DNA from: Myxococcota bacterium
GTDB taxonomy: Bacteria > Myxococcota_A > Bradymonadia > UBA7976 > UBA1532
Direction: 5' to 3'
Length of the DNA: 64,000 bases
NCBI GenBank assembly: GCA_036337435.1
Contig: JAYZEG010000008.1
Location: forward strand, 14,563-78,562
Positions 1-9,918 of the stretch are shown here, piece by piece. Each line of letters opens with the position of its first letter. Positions within the stretch are counted from its first letter, which is position 1. The position numbers and the translations under genes are program-made. The notes beneath the pieces were generated by a model that was given only the letters and a program-made list of their open reading frames with translations, was not told the origin of the DNA and ran no database searches.

Positions 1-68
1 TGATCGTTCGCCAAGTGTTCGGGAAGCGCGTCGATAAGCAGGCACTCAGTTAATCGCGATTCACTGTG

Positions 69-974
69 TCACGTTAAATCCCTAAAACTGGATTGGGCCT
101 TTGATTCTCCTGAATAGCCCCCTGTCCGCCAAGCGACCAGGTCTCCGCCGATGACGACAGACGTCAGACCAACAAGAGCACCCAGGGCGGCCATCGCAAA
201 GATTTTTATGTCCGACGAGTCATCATTCCCGCCCATGTAACCGCCGACCGTCAGAGCTAACGACGAAAGCCCCCATAACACGCCGTGAAAAGCGCCGACA
301 CGTACCGCCAATTTCAACACCCAATGTCGTTTTAACCCGATGCCATCTCGTCTGCGGCTTAGCCAAAAAAACAAAACAGCCCCCGCGAGCGCGCCAAAGC
401 TCGAACTCACCGGCCCGACGTAACCCAACAGGCCGATTTGTAGACCCCCAACGACCAATAGACTGAAAGCAATAAACAGCGCCAGGACCAGCACTTCCCG
501 AAATGATGGTGCACTCCCACCAGTCAACTGCCGAAAGCTACGGTCGACGACTTTGGCCAGGCGTGGTTCCCCATACATGCTCCCGATGATTTCTCTCGCT
601 CGAGGCGATGAGGGGGGTGGCCATGCTTCATTTAACTTCATCAAACGCCTCGATTGAAGGTCACACAGATAATCTGTCACGCCATCGGTCAACACGATTT
701 GGAGTGAATATTGTTGTGCACCCGCTTCCGGTGACATTCTGACAATGTCTCCGTGATAGATCCGTTTCTGATGCAGCTGCCGCCGCAATTGTACAACTTC
801 ACGGTCGTAAGCAATTGGATCCCCCGACCAGCCATACCCGTCTTTAGAAAAAAGAACAGTATCGCCGTATTCGCGCGAGTACCCGACCATCTTTCCGTCG
901 TGATGTAGACGAGTCCATGGCTGCATCGCATGCACGTCGTACGGGTGTTGTCCCGGCGGAGAACTATTGGTCAT
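69..974 (-). CDS. Hypothetical membrane protein with a YopX-like N-terminal motif and about 4 C-terminal TM helices
   Basis: 301-aa ORF; KRIYHGDIV resembles the YopX xIYEGDIV motif; hydrophobic Gly-rich C-terminal segments. Confidence 0.65.
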   Translation of the reverse strand: MTNSSPPGQHPYDVHAMQPWTRLHHDGKMVGYSREYGDTVLFSKDGYGWSGDPIAYDREVVQLRRQLHQKRIYHGDIVRMSPEAGAQQYSLQIVLTDGVTDYLCDLQSRRLMKLNEAWPPPSSPRAREIIGSMYGEPRLAKVVDRSFRQLTGGSAPSFREVLVLALFIAFSLLVVGGLQIGLLGYVGPVSSSFGALAGAVLFFWLSRRRDGIGLKRHWVLKLAVRVGAFHGVLWGLSSLALTVGGYMGGNDDSSDIKIFAMAALGALVGLTSVVIGGDLVAWRTGGYSGESKAQSSFRDLT

Positions 975-1668
975 AAGAAGGAAGTCCTGAGAAGCACTCG
1001 ATACATAGATACTCAGACTAGGTTAGCCGTTACCACCCGCCATAGGTTTAACAGAAAAGGCAGCTTGTGCCTCCGATCCGCGAGGCTAGCGATCTCACAT
1101 TGCCGTCCCTGCCCAAATCAATCCATTGTGGCCAATTTCGTAAGGACGGGAGAACGGGGATAGGATCACCAATCGAGAGACAAATCCACTTGAGTAAGCT
1201 TGCAAGAGATTTTAGGCCAAGCAAGACGTGTAGACCTAAGGACATCCCGGACCATCCAAAAAAGGGATGAATAAAAGGCAAACACGCAATCAGAATTTGT
1301 ACAGAGCCCACCAAAACGCTTCGTATTTCGATTCCCACTATGTCTGCTGGCATGGCCACAGCGGTGCCAAGTGCAGGCGTTATATGAACCCTCGGGGCCA
1401 TTGACATGACCTCGAAAGTCTTGATCCGCCCTGATGCCCCAAGTGGTCGACCTGAGTTGGAGCTCGGGCGTCATTGTCGTCAGTGCTGGAGTACACGGTT
1501 GAGCGCCGGTCAACGCTGACCAGCCTGGGCTAGATCTAAGCTATGAAAAGTGAGCGCGAGATACGGCTCAAGGAGGCCATCACGATTCCTGTTGAATTTA
1601 GAGCTCCCTTCACGCACTACCATAAAACTGGGGATTTATCTCGCAGACATCGAGAGGTTGATTAAGTT

Positions 1669-2535
1669 ATGCGTAATGCGTCCATTCTTCTGGTCCTGTC
1701 AGTTTGTGTGCTCAACGTCTGCTATGCGGATCGGAACTGGCCTCACGGTGAGGTGACCCGAGCGGAGGCACTTGTCTTCAACTTGGACTCCAGTCAGACT
1801 ATGCGCAAACACATATATGATGGGCGGCACCTAGCGCCAACAGCCATCCCGAAGTTTTATCCTCTCGACGACAATCAACTCAAAGCCATAATGCGCTGGG
1901 TCGAGGCAGACGACGGTTTGCTTGAGAGGGGCTTATCCAAGTGTTTTGTCCCTCGCCATGGCTTTCTCTTTTACAATAAAAAAAACCAGGTGATCGCCTC
2001 ACTCTCCGTTTGTTTCGAGTGCGAGGCGTTTCGTCGGTACCCCGATATTAAAAAGGTCGTCGCCCCCCTTCGCCCCACGCCGTCCACGATAAAGGCGGCG
2101 ATGGGTCGCTTACACGATCTGAAGGTGCTCACAGAGCAGATGGGCCTGCCTCACTTCAAGGCACCCTATAGAGCCAGCCGAGACCCCAACCATCAAGACA
2201 TTACCAGTCAGCTCAGTGCGAAGATCATTGCAAGCAGACAAGAGCTACAAGCCTGCTTAGGTTCAAACGATACTCTAGTGCCCCATGATGCGACTGTGGT
2301 TTGGTCCGCTGGTGCGACGACGGTCACACTCAGCCCGGCATCGGAGGCTGGCCGACGGTTAGACAAACTCGAGCGTCGTTGTCTCGTCAACCAACTCCAG
2401 GTTTTGGCAGGAGCTGTCTATCAACACCCGTTTTTACCGACCACCACCAGAATCACACTGACAGACGTATTCCCTTCGAAGTCGCATCGACCAGGTCTAC
2501 CAGCAAACTCTCCGTCTAGTCCAGGCGGCCCGTAA
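1669..2535 (+). CDS. Secreted hypothetical protein
   Basis: Signal-peptide-like N-terminus, RBS-like gagagg upstream; CFVPRHG...VCFEC motif. Confidence 0.7.
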   Translation: MRNASILLVLSVCVLNVCYADRNWPHGEVTRAEALVFNLDSSQTMRKHIYDGRHLAPTAIPKFYPLDDNQLKAIMRWVEADDGLLERGLSKCFVPRHGFLFYNKKNQVIASLSVCFECEAFRRYPDIKKVVAPLRPTPSTIKAAMGRLHDLKVLTEQMGLPHFKAPYRASRDPNHQDITSQLSAKIIASRQELQACLGSNDTLVPHDATVVWSAGATTVTLSPASEAGRRLDKLERRCLVNQLQVLAGAVYQHPFLPTTTRITLTDVFPSKSHRPGLPANSPSSPGGP

Positions 2536-2549
2536 GCAAGCGCCTACTA

Positions 2550-3530
2550 TTAATCGGCAACCGGCCAATGGAACCAGAGGGTAAAACATTGTTCAGAGAC
2601 GTCCACACCAAACAGCTTCTCATCGAGTGCTCGTTGAGTGGACCAGGCATAAGCGCGCGAAGCAAAGTCAGCAACGACCTGAAGACCGATACCCGACCCC
2701 GTGGTGGAATAATTCGTCGTGAACAGGGGCGAATAATCACCTGAGAATTTATTGTTCAAAACGGCACATTGCTCTGGACTGATGGGATTTGAGACCACGA
2801 CTCGTAGATGTTGAGGATCCCGTTGACTATCCGTGTGCATCGACAACGAGACGCGCTGACCATCACCGTCCAGCTCTCTCATGGCGTTGTTCATGCAGTT
2901 GTATAGGACTCGGTCCAGCGCCGAAAACTCGATGCAGCTTTCGGCGATGGCACCGTCGTATTCACAAAAAACGGCAACATCGCTTTCAAGCCGGCGCCAT
3001 TTGTCTACGAGCAGCCGTACGGAGTGACTTTTTAACGCGACATCGGCTTTGTATTTGTCGCGATCGATGTCCGGGAAGCTATTGCGCATAATTTTGCAAA
3101 CATCACGGGCGAGGAGAAAAACACGTGTTGGGTCAACATCGTCTAGACGTCCGAGGGAGACCAAACTTAGGTCGAGCGCGAGTGAAGTCATGGGACCACC
3201 GCGCATGTCGTGAACGACTTTGCGCAAGGTTGAATTAGAGCCGAACTCGGCATAGGTATCCGGTCCGATGGCCGCCACATCACGCCTCAGTTGATTCCAC
3301 GAGGTTTCCTGTAACCAACCCACCAGGGACTTAAAACTCGTATCTCGGTCTGTCACCGCCCAATCTTGCAAGCCCACCAATCGCAACACGGCCTCGTATA
3401 AATTAACGACGGCATCGCGGTCGTTTGAGGCAAGACGCTCGATGGACCACTGTAAACCGTCGCCACCATAACGCTGCTTTGGAAGATGGTTCGGCCAACG
3501 GGCCAAGCTCGCGCTCGTCGAGACATTCAT
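2550..3530 (-). CDS. Atypical soluble histidine kinase-like protein (H-box plus HATPase domain)
   Basis: HDMRGG H-box, VLYNCMNNA N-box, LFTTNYSTTGSGIGL F/G2 boxes; start moved to ATG 3530 (ggag upstream; avoids overlap with the upstream gene). Confidence 0.75.
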   Translation of the reverse strand: MNVSTSASLARWPNHLPKQRYGGDGLQWSIERLASNDRDAVVNLYEAVLRLVGLQDWAVTDRDTSFKSLVGWLQETSWNQLRRDVAAIGPDTYAEFGSNSTLRKVVHDMRGGPMTSLALDLSLVSLGRLDDVDPTRVFLLARDVCKIMRNSFPDIDRDKYKADVALKSHSVRLLVDKWRRLESDVAVFCEYDGAIAESCIEFSALDRVLYNCMNNAMRELDGDGQRVSLSMHTDSQRDPQHLRVVVSNPISPEQCAVLNNKFSGDYSPLFTTNYSTTGSGIGLQVVADFASRAYAWSTQRALDEKLFGVDVSEQCFTLWFHWPVAD

Positions 3531-3588
3531 GGGTATCCAACTCCAATCGAATTTAAGGGCCTGAAGGGGTCTGCCGGTGCGATGCGTC

Positions 3589-4989
3589 CTAGACGCGTTT
3601 CTTCCACGTTTTACGCGAGATCGGCCTCGGATATGCTTCGTCGAGGCGTACACCGAACGCACCCGTTTCGAGGCTACAATCCCTGCCATTCATTTCATGA
3701 ATGGTTGGCGTAGGAAGCTTGGCGATTTCAGGCACCCACTGACGTATGTATCGAGCCTGTTTATCGTAACGCATGGACTGCCGGCGAATGCTAAAGCGAT
3801 GACTCAGGGGGCTCGGACTGACGCCCGCAGACCGCTGCCAATTGCCCATGTTGGAACACGGCTCGTGATCAACCAGTTGAGTTTCGAAATATTTAGCCCC
3901 GACCCGCCAGTCCTGTTCCAGGTCGCGAGAGAAAAAGCACGCAACGTTTTGACGCCCGCGGAAGGTCATATACCCGGTCGCAGCAAGCTCTCGCATGTGA
4001 GCGTCGATGAAAGGCCACCCGGTCATCCCCTTGCACCAGCGCTCGAAAATATCTGGGTCAGAATCCCATTGAAGGTCCGTCGAATTGATTCCGCTGAGGT
4101 CGTACACAGCTTGCCCTTTTGCGAGAGCGACGAGGTGAAAGAATTCCCTTTGATACAACTCTTGTGTCAGCTCCCGCGTCGACCGGTTATAAACACGGGC
4201 CTTCTCATAGTTTTTCAGTTCATGAAAAACCTGTCGCGGTGATAGGGCACCGTGCGCCAAGTATGCCGACAACCTGGACGTGGCATTTTGGGCCAGAAGC
4301 TGGTCGCGCTTGCGTGCGTAGTCTCTGGCGTGGTCTCCCTCACGGAAAAACGTGGATAGGCGCTTCAGGCCTTGCGACGACCCTCCTTGGAGCCCGTTGA
4401 GAAGACTTCGGCTCTCCGTGGACTGAGCCTGTCCAAAGTCGCCCAGAGTGGGCAATGGCTCATAGGCCGCATCAATGCCCACCAACGTGGGCCGCGCAAC
4501 GGGTTTTGGGGGTACGCCTTGAGCCGCTATTAGCTCTTGAAATTCACCGAACTGCCAAGGCGGGTCGCGCAGCTCGTCGGGCAGGGTTTCTGGGTCGAAT
4601 AGGGTATCGCCCCAATGTTGACTGGTGGCAATCCCGTCCTGATGAAGCTGCGACACAACATCCTCCACCAAAGCACGGTGGGGGGCGGTATAACGACTGT
4701 GCAAAAACACTTCATCCGCCTTCGACTCCGAGGCAAATTTTGGCAGAGCGACCTCGGGCCTGCCGTGCAGTACGAACAAATCGGACCCGGCTTCCACATA
4801 CTGGTCGCGTAAGTCTTGCAATGTTTCGAGGCGAAAAGCTCGGGTCTTGGGGTTTAGCTCGGCCCATTCGGCGTGGTTGAAGCACACCACGGGCAATACA
4901 TTGCCGTCGTAGTGCGCAGCTGCGGCAACAAGGGCGGGGTTATCGGCCAGTCGTAAGTCGTTCTGATGCCAGAGGATTGCCAAGCTCAT
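3589..4989 (-). CDS. Photolyase/cryptochrome family protein, divergent Cry-DASH-like
   Basis: WHQNDLRLADNPAL N-terminus; TSRLSAYLAHG, TGWPFIDAHMREL, RGRQNVA, DWRVGA and SNMGNW FAD-domain motifs; start set at ATG 4989. Confidence 0.9.
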   Translation of the reverse strand: MSLAILWHQNDLRLADNPALVAAAAHYDGNVLPVVCFNHAEWAELNPKTRAFRLETLQDLRDQYVEAGSDLFVLHGRPEVALPKFASESKADEVFLHSRYTAPHRALVEDVVSQLHQDGIATSQHWGDTLFDPETLPDELRDPPWQFGEFQELIAAQGVPPKPVARPTLVGIDAAYEPLPTLGDFGQAQSTESRSLLNGLQGGSSQGLKRLSTFFREGDHARDYARKRDQLLAQNATSRLSAYLAHGALSPRQVFHELKNYEKARVYNRSTRELTQELYQREFFHLVALAKGQAVYDLSGINSTDLQWDSDPDIFERWCKGMTGWPFIDAHMRELAATGYMTFRGRQNVACFFSRDLEQDWRVGAKYFETQLVDHEPCSNMGNWQRSAGVSPSPLSHRFSIRRQSMRYDKQARYIRQWVPEIAKLPTPTIHEMNGRDCSLETGAFGVRLDEAYPRPISRKTWKKRV

Positions 4990-5101
4990 GCTTGGTAGAG
5001 TATTGAACCCAGCCAAACGTTACTCTAAATACCGCAGCTTTTATCTAAAGTTTCCAGACACACGGTGAAGGGTGACAAGTGCAGCCGAGCAAACGTCGAT
5101 T

Positions 5102-6853
5102 TCAGACGATTCCGAAGGGATAATTACCACGCTCGTAAGTTGTTTGCGCAATGTGTTTGAGCAACTCATCTTCATCCCGTTCCATTCGATTCAGCTTCGA
5201 CCTCATGCGTTCTTCAATCATGCATCGAAACCCGCGCGCCAATTCGATTTCACGCGCAGCTTTATCCTCGCCCTTCTGCTCGATGAATGCCGTCGTGCGA
5301 GAGATGACCGCCGCCAATCCATAGAGATCAATTGCAACCTCGGCCAAACGCTTTTGAGCGAATTGCATAAGGTGGATTCGCCGCCCGTGTTTTCGTAAAA
5401 CCCGTTCAGCACACTTTGCAAGTTCCGCCGTACACTCTTCGAAGAGCACGATTTCCCTGCGTAGGGCTTCATGCCCTCCGATCAACCTATCCGGCGATAA
5501 CGTTTGCTTGGCTTTTCGAACGACAAACCCTGTCAGAACCCCAAACCCTTTAATGGGTTCGCGCATGGCTTGTAAAGCTTCCTTGAGGTGATTCCCCGGG
5601 CCCTGTAGACCCGACAGCGCGATAAACGCCCTCAGAATTTCATTAGTGCCTTCAAAAATCAGATTGATGCGGGCGTCTCGTAGAATTTTCTCGTAGGGAT
5701 ACTCGCACATGTAGCCCAAACCACCTGCTATCTGCAGAGCCTCATTGCATGTCACCCATAGAGATTCTGACCCGTACACTTTGCAAATGGCACTCTCCAG
5801 CGAATAATCGGGAACGCCGGCGTCAATGAGCCCTGTCGTCAAATAGGTCATACTCTCGAGGGCATAAGTCTCGCACATCATTCGCGCGATCTTATCTTTC
5901 ACCATCCCGAATTCGCCTATTTTCTTCTTGAAGGCGACTCGTTCATTACAACGTTCTGTTGCTAAGGCGATCAATTTCTTATTGTTACCGATACACCCTG
6001 CCGCAAGCCCGAAACGTCCGTTGTTTAGGACTTGCATGGCGACTTTAAAGCCGGCCCCTGGCTCGCCCAGCACATTTTCCACCGGCACTCGAGTATCGTC
6101 GAAAAACAAATCTGTTGTCGAGGAGCCCCGTATACCCAGCTTGTCCTCGTCTGGACCATTCTTAACACCATGCTGCCGCTCGACTATTAAGGCGATAATC
6201 TTGGGTTTACCACTGCCATCCGGATCCGTGGTCCGAGCAAACACCGTAAATACGTCAGCGAATCGACCGTTGGTAATCCAAATTTTAGACCCGTTCAGGA
6301 TATACTCCGTGCCATCTTCGGATAATTCAGCCTTCGTCTTGATACTTCCCGCATCACTGCCTGCGCTGGGTTCTGTGAGCGCGAAGGCCGCAACGGTTTC
6401 ACCGGTCGCTAAAGAAGGCAGGTATTTCCGTTTCTGTTCCGCATTCCCAGCCAAGAGAATGCCCTTTAACCCGATGGATTGATGCGCACCGATCGTGACT
6501 GCGAGACTTGGATCGATTGAGCCCAACTCCTCCATCACGCGCGCATACGCCGTGTTCGATAGCCCAAAGCCACCATATGCTTCCGGAATAATCAGGCCAA
6601 ATAAGCCAAGCTCTTTCATCTTGTCTAAGATTTCATCCGACAGTTTATGATCGGCGTCGATCTGAGCCGGGTCGATATAGGCCTCCGCAAACCGGCGGAT
6701 ACTTTCCAGGATCATCGCGACCGTCTCACTCTCCTCGTCGTCCATTTTTGGATACGGGAATATCAGTTCACTCTCGATGACGCCGTGAAATGCGGCCTTC
6801 ATAAAGCTATCTTCTCTCAACGTTGACTCCTTAAGTTGCCTACTCAGGAGCAT
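5102..6853 (-). CDS. Acyl-CoA dehydrogenase, VLCAD/ACAD9-like with C-terminal extension
   Basis: AFALTEPSAGSD, NGSKIWITNG, RDARINLIFEGTNEILR. Confidence 0.95.
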   Translation of the reverse strand: MLLSRQLKESTLREDSFMKAAFHGVIESELIFPYPKMDDEESETVAMILESIRRFAEAYIDPAQIDADHKLSDEILDKMKELGLFGLIIPEAYGGFGLSNTAYARVMEELGSIDPSLAVTIGAHQSIGLKGILLAGNAEQKRKYLPSLATGETVAAFALTEPSAGSDAGSIKTKAELSEDGTEYILNGSKIWITNGRFADVFTVFARTTDPDGSGKPKIIALIVERQHGVKNGPDEDKLGIRGSSTTDLFFDDTRVPVENVLGEPGAGFKVAMQVLNNGRFGLAAGCIGNNKKLIALATERCNERVAFKKKIGEFGMVKDKIARMMCETYALESMTYLTTGLIDAGVPDYSLESAICKVYGSESLWVTCNEALQIAGGLGYMCEYPYEKILRDARINLIFEGTNEILRAFIALSGLQGPGNHLKEALQAMREPIKGFGVLTGFVVRKAKQTLSPDRLIGGHEALRREIVLFEECTAELAKCAERVLRKHGRRIHLMQFAQKRLAEVAIDLYGLAAVISRTTAFIEQKGEDKAAREIELARGFRCMIEERMRSKLNRMERDEDELLKHIAQTTYERGNYPFGIV

Positions 6854-7091
6854 AGGGACAGTTGCTCTTAAACGCCAACAAACTTGAATGTGGAGATGCG
6901 GGCATGAATGCTTTTTGGACCCAACATCTGTCGGAGGGCCCGACTTGCAGACAACTGTTGGTTTTATCGACGTGAAGGGTCTCAGCGTGAATTAAGCTCC
7001 CCAAAGCCTGCAGCGTTTAACGAATCAAATCGGCTCCACTTTCGACTGAATCGGCACGAAGCGCGGTCGGACGAGCATAAGCTGAAAAGGG

Positions 7092-7562
7092 TCACTTGCC
7101 GTTTCGCTGACCCTGCCTGTGCCTACGCCTATCGCCCCGTCGCACCCGTTGACGTTCCATGAGCGAAGTCAACTCTTGGCGTTGTTCCTCGGTGAGCATA
7201 TCCCTGATGGTCAACATTGTGCCAACGCGCTTTTTACGGATATCCGTGCTTATCTGACCGATTTGCTCGATGAGCGTCATGACTTTAGCCCGCTGCGGCT
7301 CGCTGACGGACATCAGCTTTTCAAGTTCAAGTCGGTGTTCGTCGCGTTTGGCTTTGAGCCCGATCATAGACTTTCGAGTCTCGAAAAGAATGGCTCTAAT
7401 CTTCCTCTCGGCGGCCTTATCAACACCCAGTTTTTTAATCATCTTGCCCAAACGCATGGGATTGAGGTTACCTTGTTTTTGTCGGCGATCGGCATGCGCT
7501 TGAGCGCAAACTCCCAAAAGCAAAACAGCTATCAGAATTAGGTGTGACCTTGCGTTTATCAT
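7092..7562 (-). CDS. Spy/CpxP-family periplasmic protein
   Basis: Signal peptide, helical basic protein, C-terminal LTEEQR (LTxxQ motif); aaggag RBS before ATG 7562. Confidence 0.8.
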   Translation of the reverse strand: MINARSHLILIAVLLLGVCAQAHADRRQKQGNLNPMRLGKMIKKLGVDKAAERKIRAILFETRKSMIGLKAKRDEHRLELEKLMSVSEPQRAKVMTLIEQIGQISTDIRKKRVGTMLTIRDMLTEEQRQELTSLMERQRVRRGDRRRHRQGQRNGK

Positions 7563-7572
7563 TGTATGCTCC

Positions 7573-8019
7573 TTAAATATCCATTGAATAAATGAGATCT
7601 GAAATCGCCGCCAATTCTGGCGTCCACAGCTCATCTAGCTTGTCTTCCGCATCACTCGAGACATCGAACGCGACCAAGTCCACTTCAAAATCATCGTGTC
7701 CCGAGACATCGTTCCAAGCCTCGTAAATGTTTAGAAATTCGTCTTCAGCCATGGCGGCCGTTGGGGTCTCCACGTCCATTGTCACTGACCCAGCAAAACC
7801 GTGAGTCGGTCTCGACGCATCCGTAATCAGACCCGTTCCAATCAGAGAGCCACCTACGGCCGCAACGAGAACAAGACCCAACACCACTTGTTGTCGGCGC
7901 CGTCTCCGCTCAACCAGTCTATCAACACCAGCTCTGAAACTGGCCTCAGACAAACCGGTCTCATCAGGCTGGTAAGCCTTTTTAAGCCGTTCAAAAAATT
8001 CGTTCTCTTCATTACTCAT
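7573..8019 (-). CDS. Single-TM putative anti-sigma factor
   Basis: Short cytoplasmic N-terminus, RRRRR followed by one TM helix, acidic tail; directly upstream of the Spy-like gene. Confidence 0.55.
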   Translation of the reverse strand: MSNEENEFFERLKKAYQPDETGLSEASFRAGVDRLVERRRRRQQVVLGLVLVAAVGGSLIGTGLITDASRPTHGFAGSVTMDVETPTAAMAEDEFLNIYEAWNDVSGHDDFEVDLVAFDVSSDAEDKLDELWTPELAAISDLIYSMDI

Positions 8020-8087
8020 CTTTCTTTCCTGGGCTCCCGCAATTCTCCAAAACCGCGGTCATTAGGGCCATGCGTTGTTTATTTGCT

Positions 8088-8115
8088 GACGCACATCAGG
8101 TGCGAACGGTTTACA
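8088..8115 (-). promoter_or_regulatory. ECF-type promoter TGTAAACCGTT-N12-GCGTC
   Basis: Minus strand reads tgtaaaccgttcgcacctgatgtgcgtc (AAC-N17-CGTC), 68 nt upstream of ATG 8019; same motif at 47785. Confidence 0.7.
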
Positions 8116-8290
8116 CGTCAGGGAAATTTTTTTTGAAAAAAGGGGCCGCTCTTGAGCCAGTCATCCTTGCCGCCAAAGTCATCGGGCTCATTCGCTCGAC
8201 GATATAAAGCATCAAATTGACCCGAAGGGCTTGTGACAAGACGCCGTTAGCGATAGCGTCGGCCCTCGTATAGCAATGAGGACAGTTGCC

Positions 8291-9793
8291 ATGTGTGCAA
8301 TCGTGGGCATCTCTGGGTGCGAACCTGTCAACCAGCGTATTTATGACGCCTTGACGGTCCTGCAACATCGAGGTCAAGATGCGGCCGGCATAGCAACAAC
8401 GGCTGGCGAGAGAATTCACCTGCATAAAGACAAAGGTTTAGTTCGCGACGTTTTTCGGACGCGTCATATGCGTGCGCTCTCTGGCACCACGGGCATCGGC
8501 CATGTTCGCTATCCGACCGCGGGCAGCAGTTCCGCCGATGAATCTCAACCGCTCTACGTCAATTCGCCTCACGGTATCACCCTGGCCCACAATGGCAATC
8601 TGACGAACGCCGAAACCCTGCGGCGTGAACTGTTTGAAAAGAACAAACGTCACATCAACACGAACTCTGACTCGGAAATTCTCCTCAATGTTTTTGCTCA
8701 CGAGTTGGCCATACAGGGGTTCGACAAATTGTTGCCAGGCCATATTTTTAACGCCATCCGAGGCGTGCACAAACGCTGTCGCGGTGCCTATGCTGTCACC
8801 TTGATGATCCCGGGGTTTGGCCTCGTCGCCTTTCGTGACCCATATGGAATTCGCCCCCTGGTTCTTGGTCGACGAGACGTAGACGACGGCACCGAATATA
8901 TGGTCGCCTCCGAATCTGTCGCCTTGGACGCTCTGAATTTCCAACTGATTGGCGATATTCAGCCGGGGGAAGCGGTTGTCTTCAAAGATGGCGGCTCGCC
9001 CGCCATACGCCAGCAGTGCAGCATGACGCCGAGTCGCCGGCCGTGTTTATTTGAGTTTGTCTACCTGGCGAGGCCCGATTCCATCATCGATGGTATTTCA
9101 GTGTATAAGAGCCGACTCAGAATGGGTGATTTTCTGGCGAAAAAAATCTTAACTGAACGGCCCAACCACGACATCGACGTCGTCATCGCTGTGCCTGATA
9201 CGAGCCGGACTGCGGCTATTCAGGTAAGCTATCATCTCGGTGCGAAACTCCGGGAAGGTTTTATCAAAAACCGCTACATCGGCCGGACGTTTATCATGCC
9301 CGGCCAAGCCGTCCGAAAGAAATCCGTACGCCAGAAACTGAATCCGATCGGTTTAGAATTTAGAGATAAAGTCGTTCTCCTCGTCGATGACTCCATCGTC
9401 CGCGGAACGACCTGTAGCGAGATCATTCGAATGGCTCGTGAAGCTGGTGCTCGAAAAGTCTACTTTGCATCAGCCGCTCCACCGGTGCGGTATCCCAATG
9501 TCTACGGTATTGATATGCCCGCAGCCCCTGAGCTCATCGCTCACAATAAAACCATTGGAGAAATTGAAGAGGAAATCGGTGCTGACTGGCTCATCTATCA
9601 GGATTTAGAAGACCTCCGCTCCGCTGTGGCGGGCGGGCCGTCCAATGTACGACAGTTCGAAGACTGCGTGTTCTCGGGCTCGTACCTAGAAGATAGCATT
9701 AATGCCGCCTACCTGGACACGCTCGAAGCATCCCGTGCTGATGCAGTCCGTACTCAAGCCGATGCCGCTGTGTCCGAAATGGAAGAAGCGTAA
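8291..9793 (+). CDS. purF: Amidophosphoribosyltransferase
   Basis: MCAIVG with N-terminal catalytic Cys, [37 protein letters not shown] loop. Confidence 0.98.
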   Translation: MCAIVGISGCEPVNQRIYDALTVLQHRGQDAAGIATTAGERIHLHKDKGLVRDVFRTRHMRALSGTTGIGHVRYPTAGSSSADESQPLYVNSPHGITLAHNGNLTNAETLRRELFEKNKRHINTNSDSEILLNVFAHELAIQGFDKLLPGHIFNAIRGVHKRCRGAYAVTLMIPGFGLVAFRDPYGIRPLVLGRRDVDDGTEYMVASESVALDALNFQLIGDIQPGEAVVFKDGGSPAIRQQCSMTPSRRPCLFEFVYLARPDSIIDGISVYKSRLRMGDFLAKKILTERPNHDIDVVIAVPDTSRTAAIQVSYHLGAKLREGFIKNRYIGRTFIMPGQAVRKKSVRQKLNPIGLEFRDKVVLLVDDSIVRGTTCSEIIRMAREAGARKVYFASAAPPVRYPNVYGIDMPAAPELIAHNKTIGEIEEEIGADWLIYQDLEDLRSAVAGGPSNVRQFEDCVFSGSYLEDSINAAYLDTLEASRADAVRTQADAAVSEMEEA

Positions 9794-9918
9794 GTCCCAC
9801 TTGGACTGGCTGAATCGCCCAAACTCTACCGCCGACGCTTCATTATCATCTCACTGAAACCGCTCGCAGCTCTGATGACTCTTTCTCGAGCTATTCAGCT
9901 GCCGTAGGGAAATACACT

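Noticed and set aside
976..1066. gaaggaagtcc resembling the RNase P RNA conserved motif
   Set aside because: The other conserved RNase P elements and helices were not found.
3531..3689. N-terminal extension of the kinase ORF to 3689
   Set aside because: It overlaps the cryptochrome 3' end and is Arg-rich shadow sequence; ATG 3530 has an RBS.
3577..4242. 221-aa plus-strand ORF and similar antisense ORFs (for example 5928-6482, 34315-35007, 54476-55165)
   Set aside because: They are shadow frames of well-supported genes on the opposite strand.
8016..8075. Possible 3' remnant of a deleted sigma gene (GELREPRKER-stop, ATGA-overlapping the anti-sigma start)
   Set aside because: Too short to distinguish from chance.
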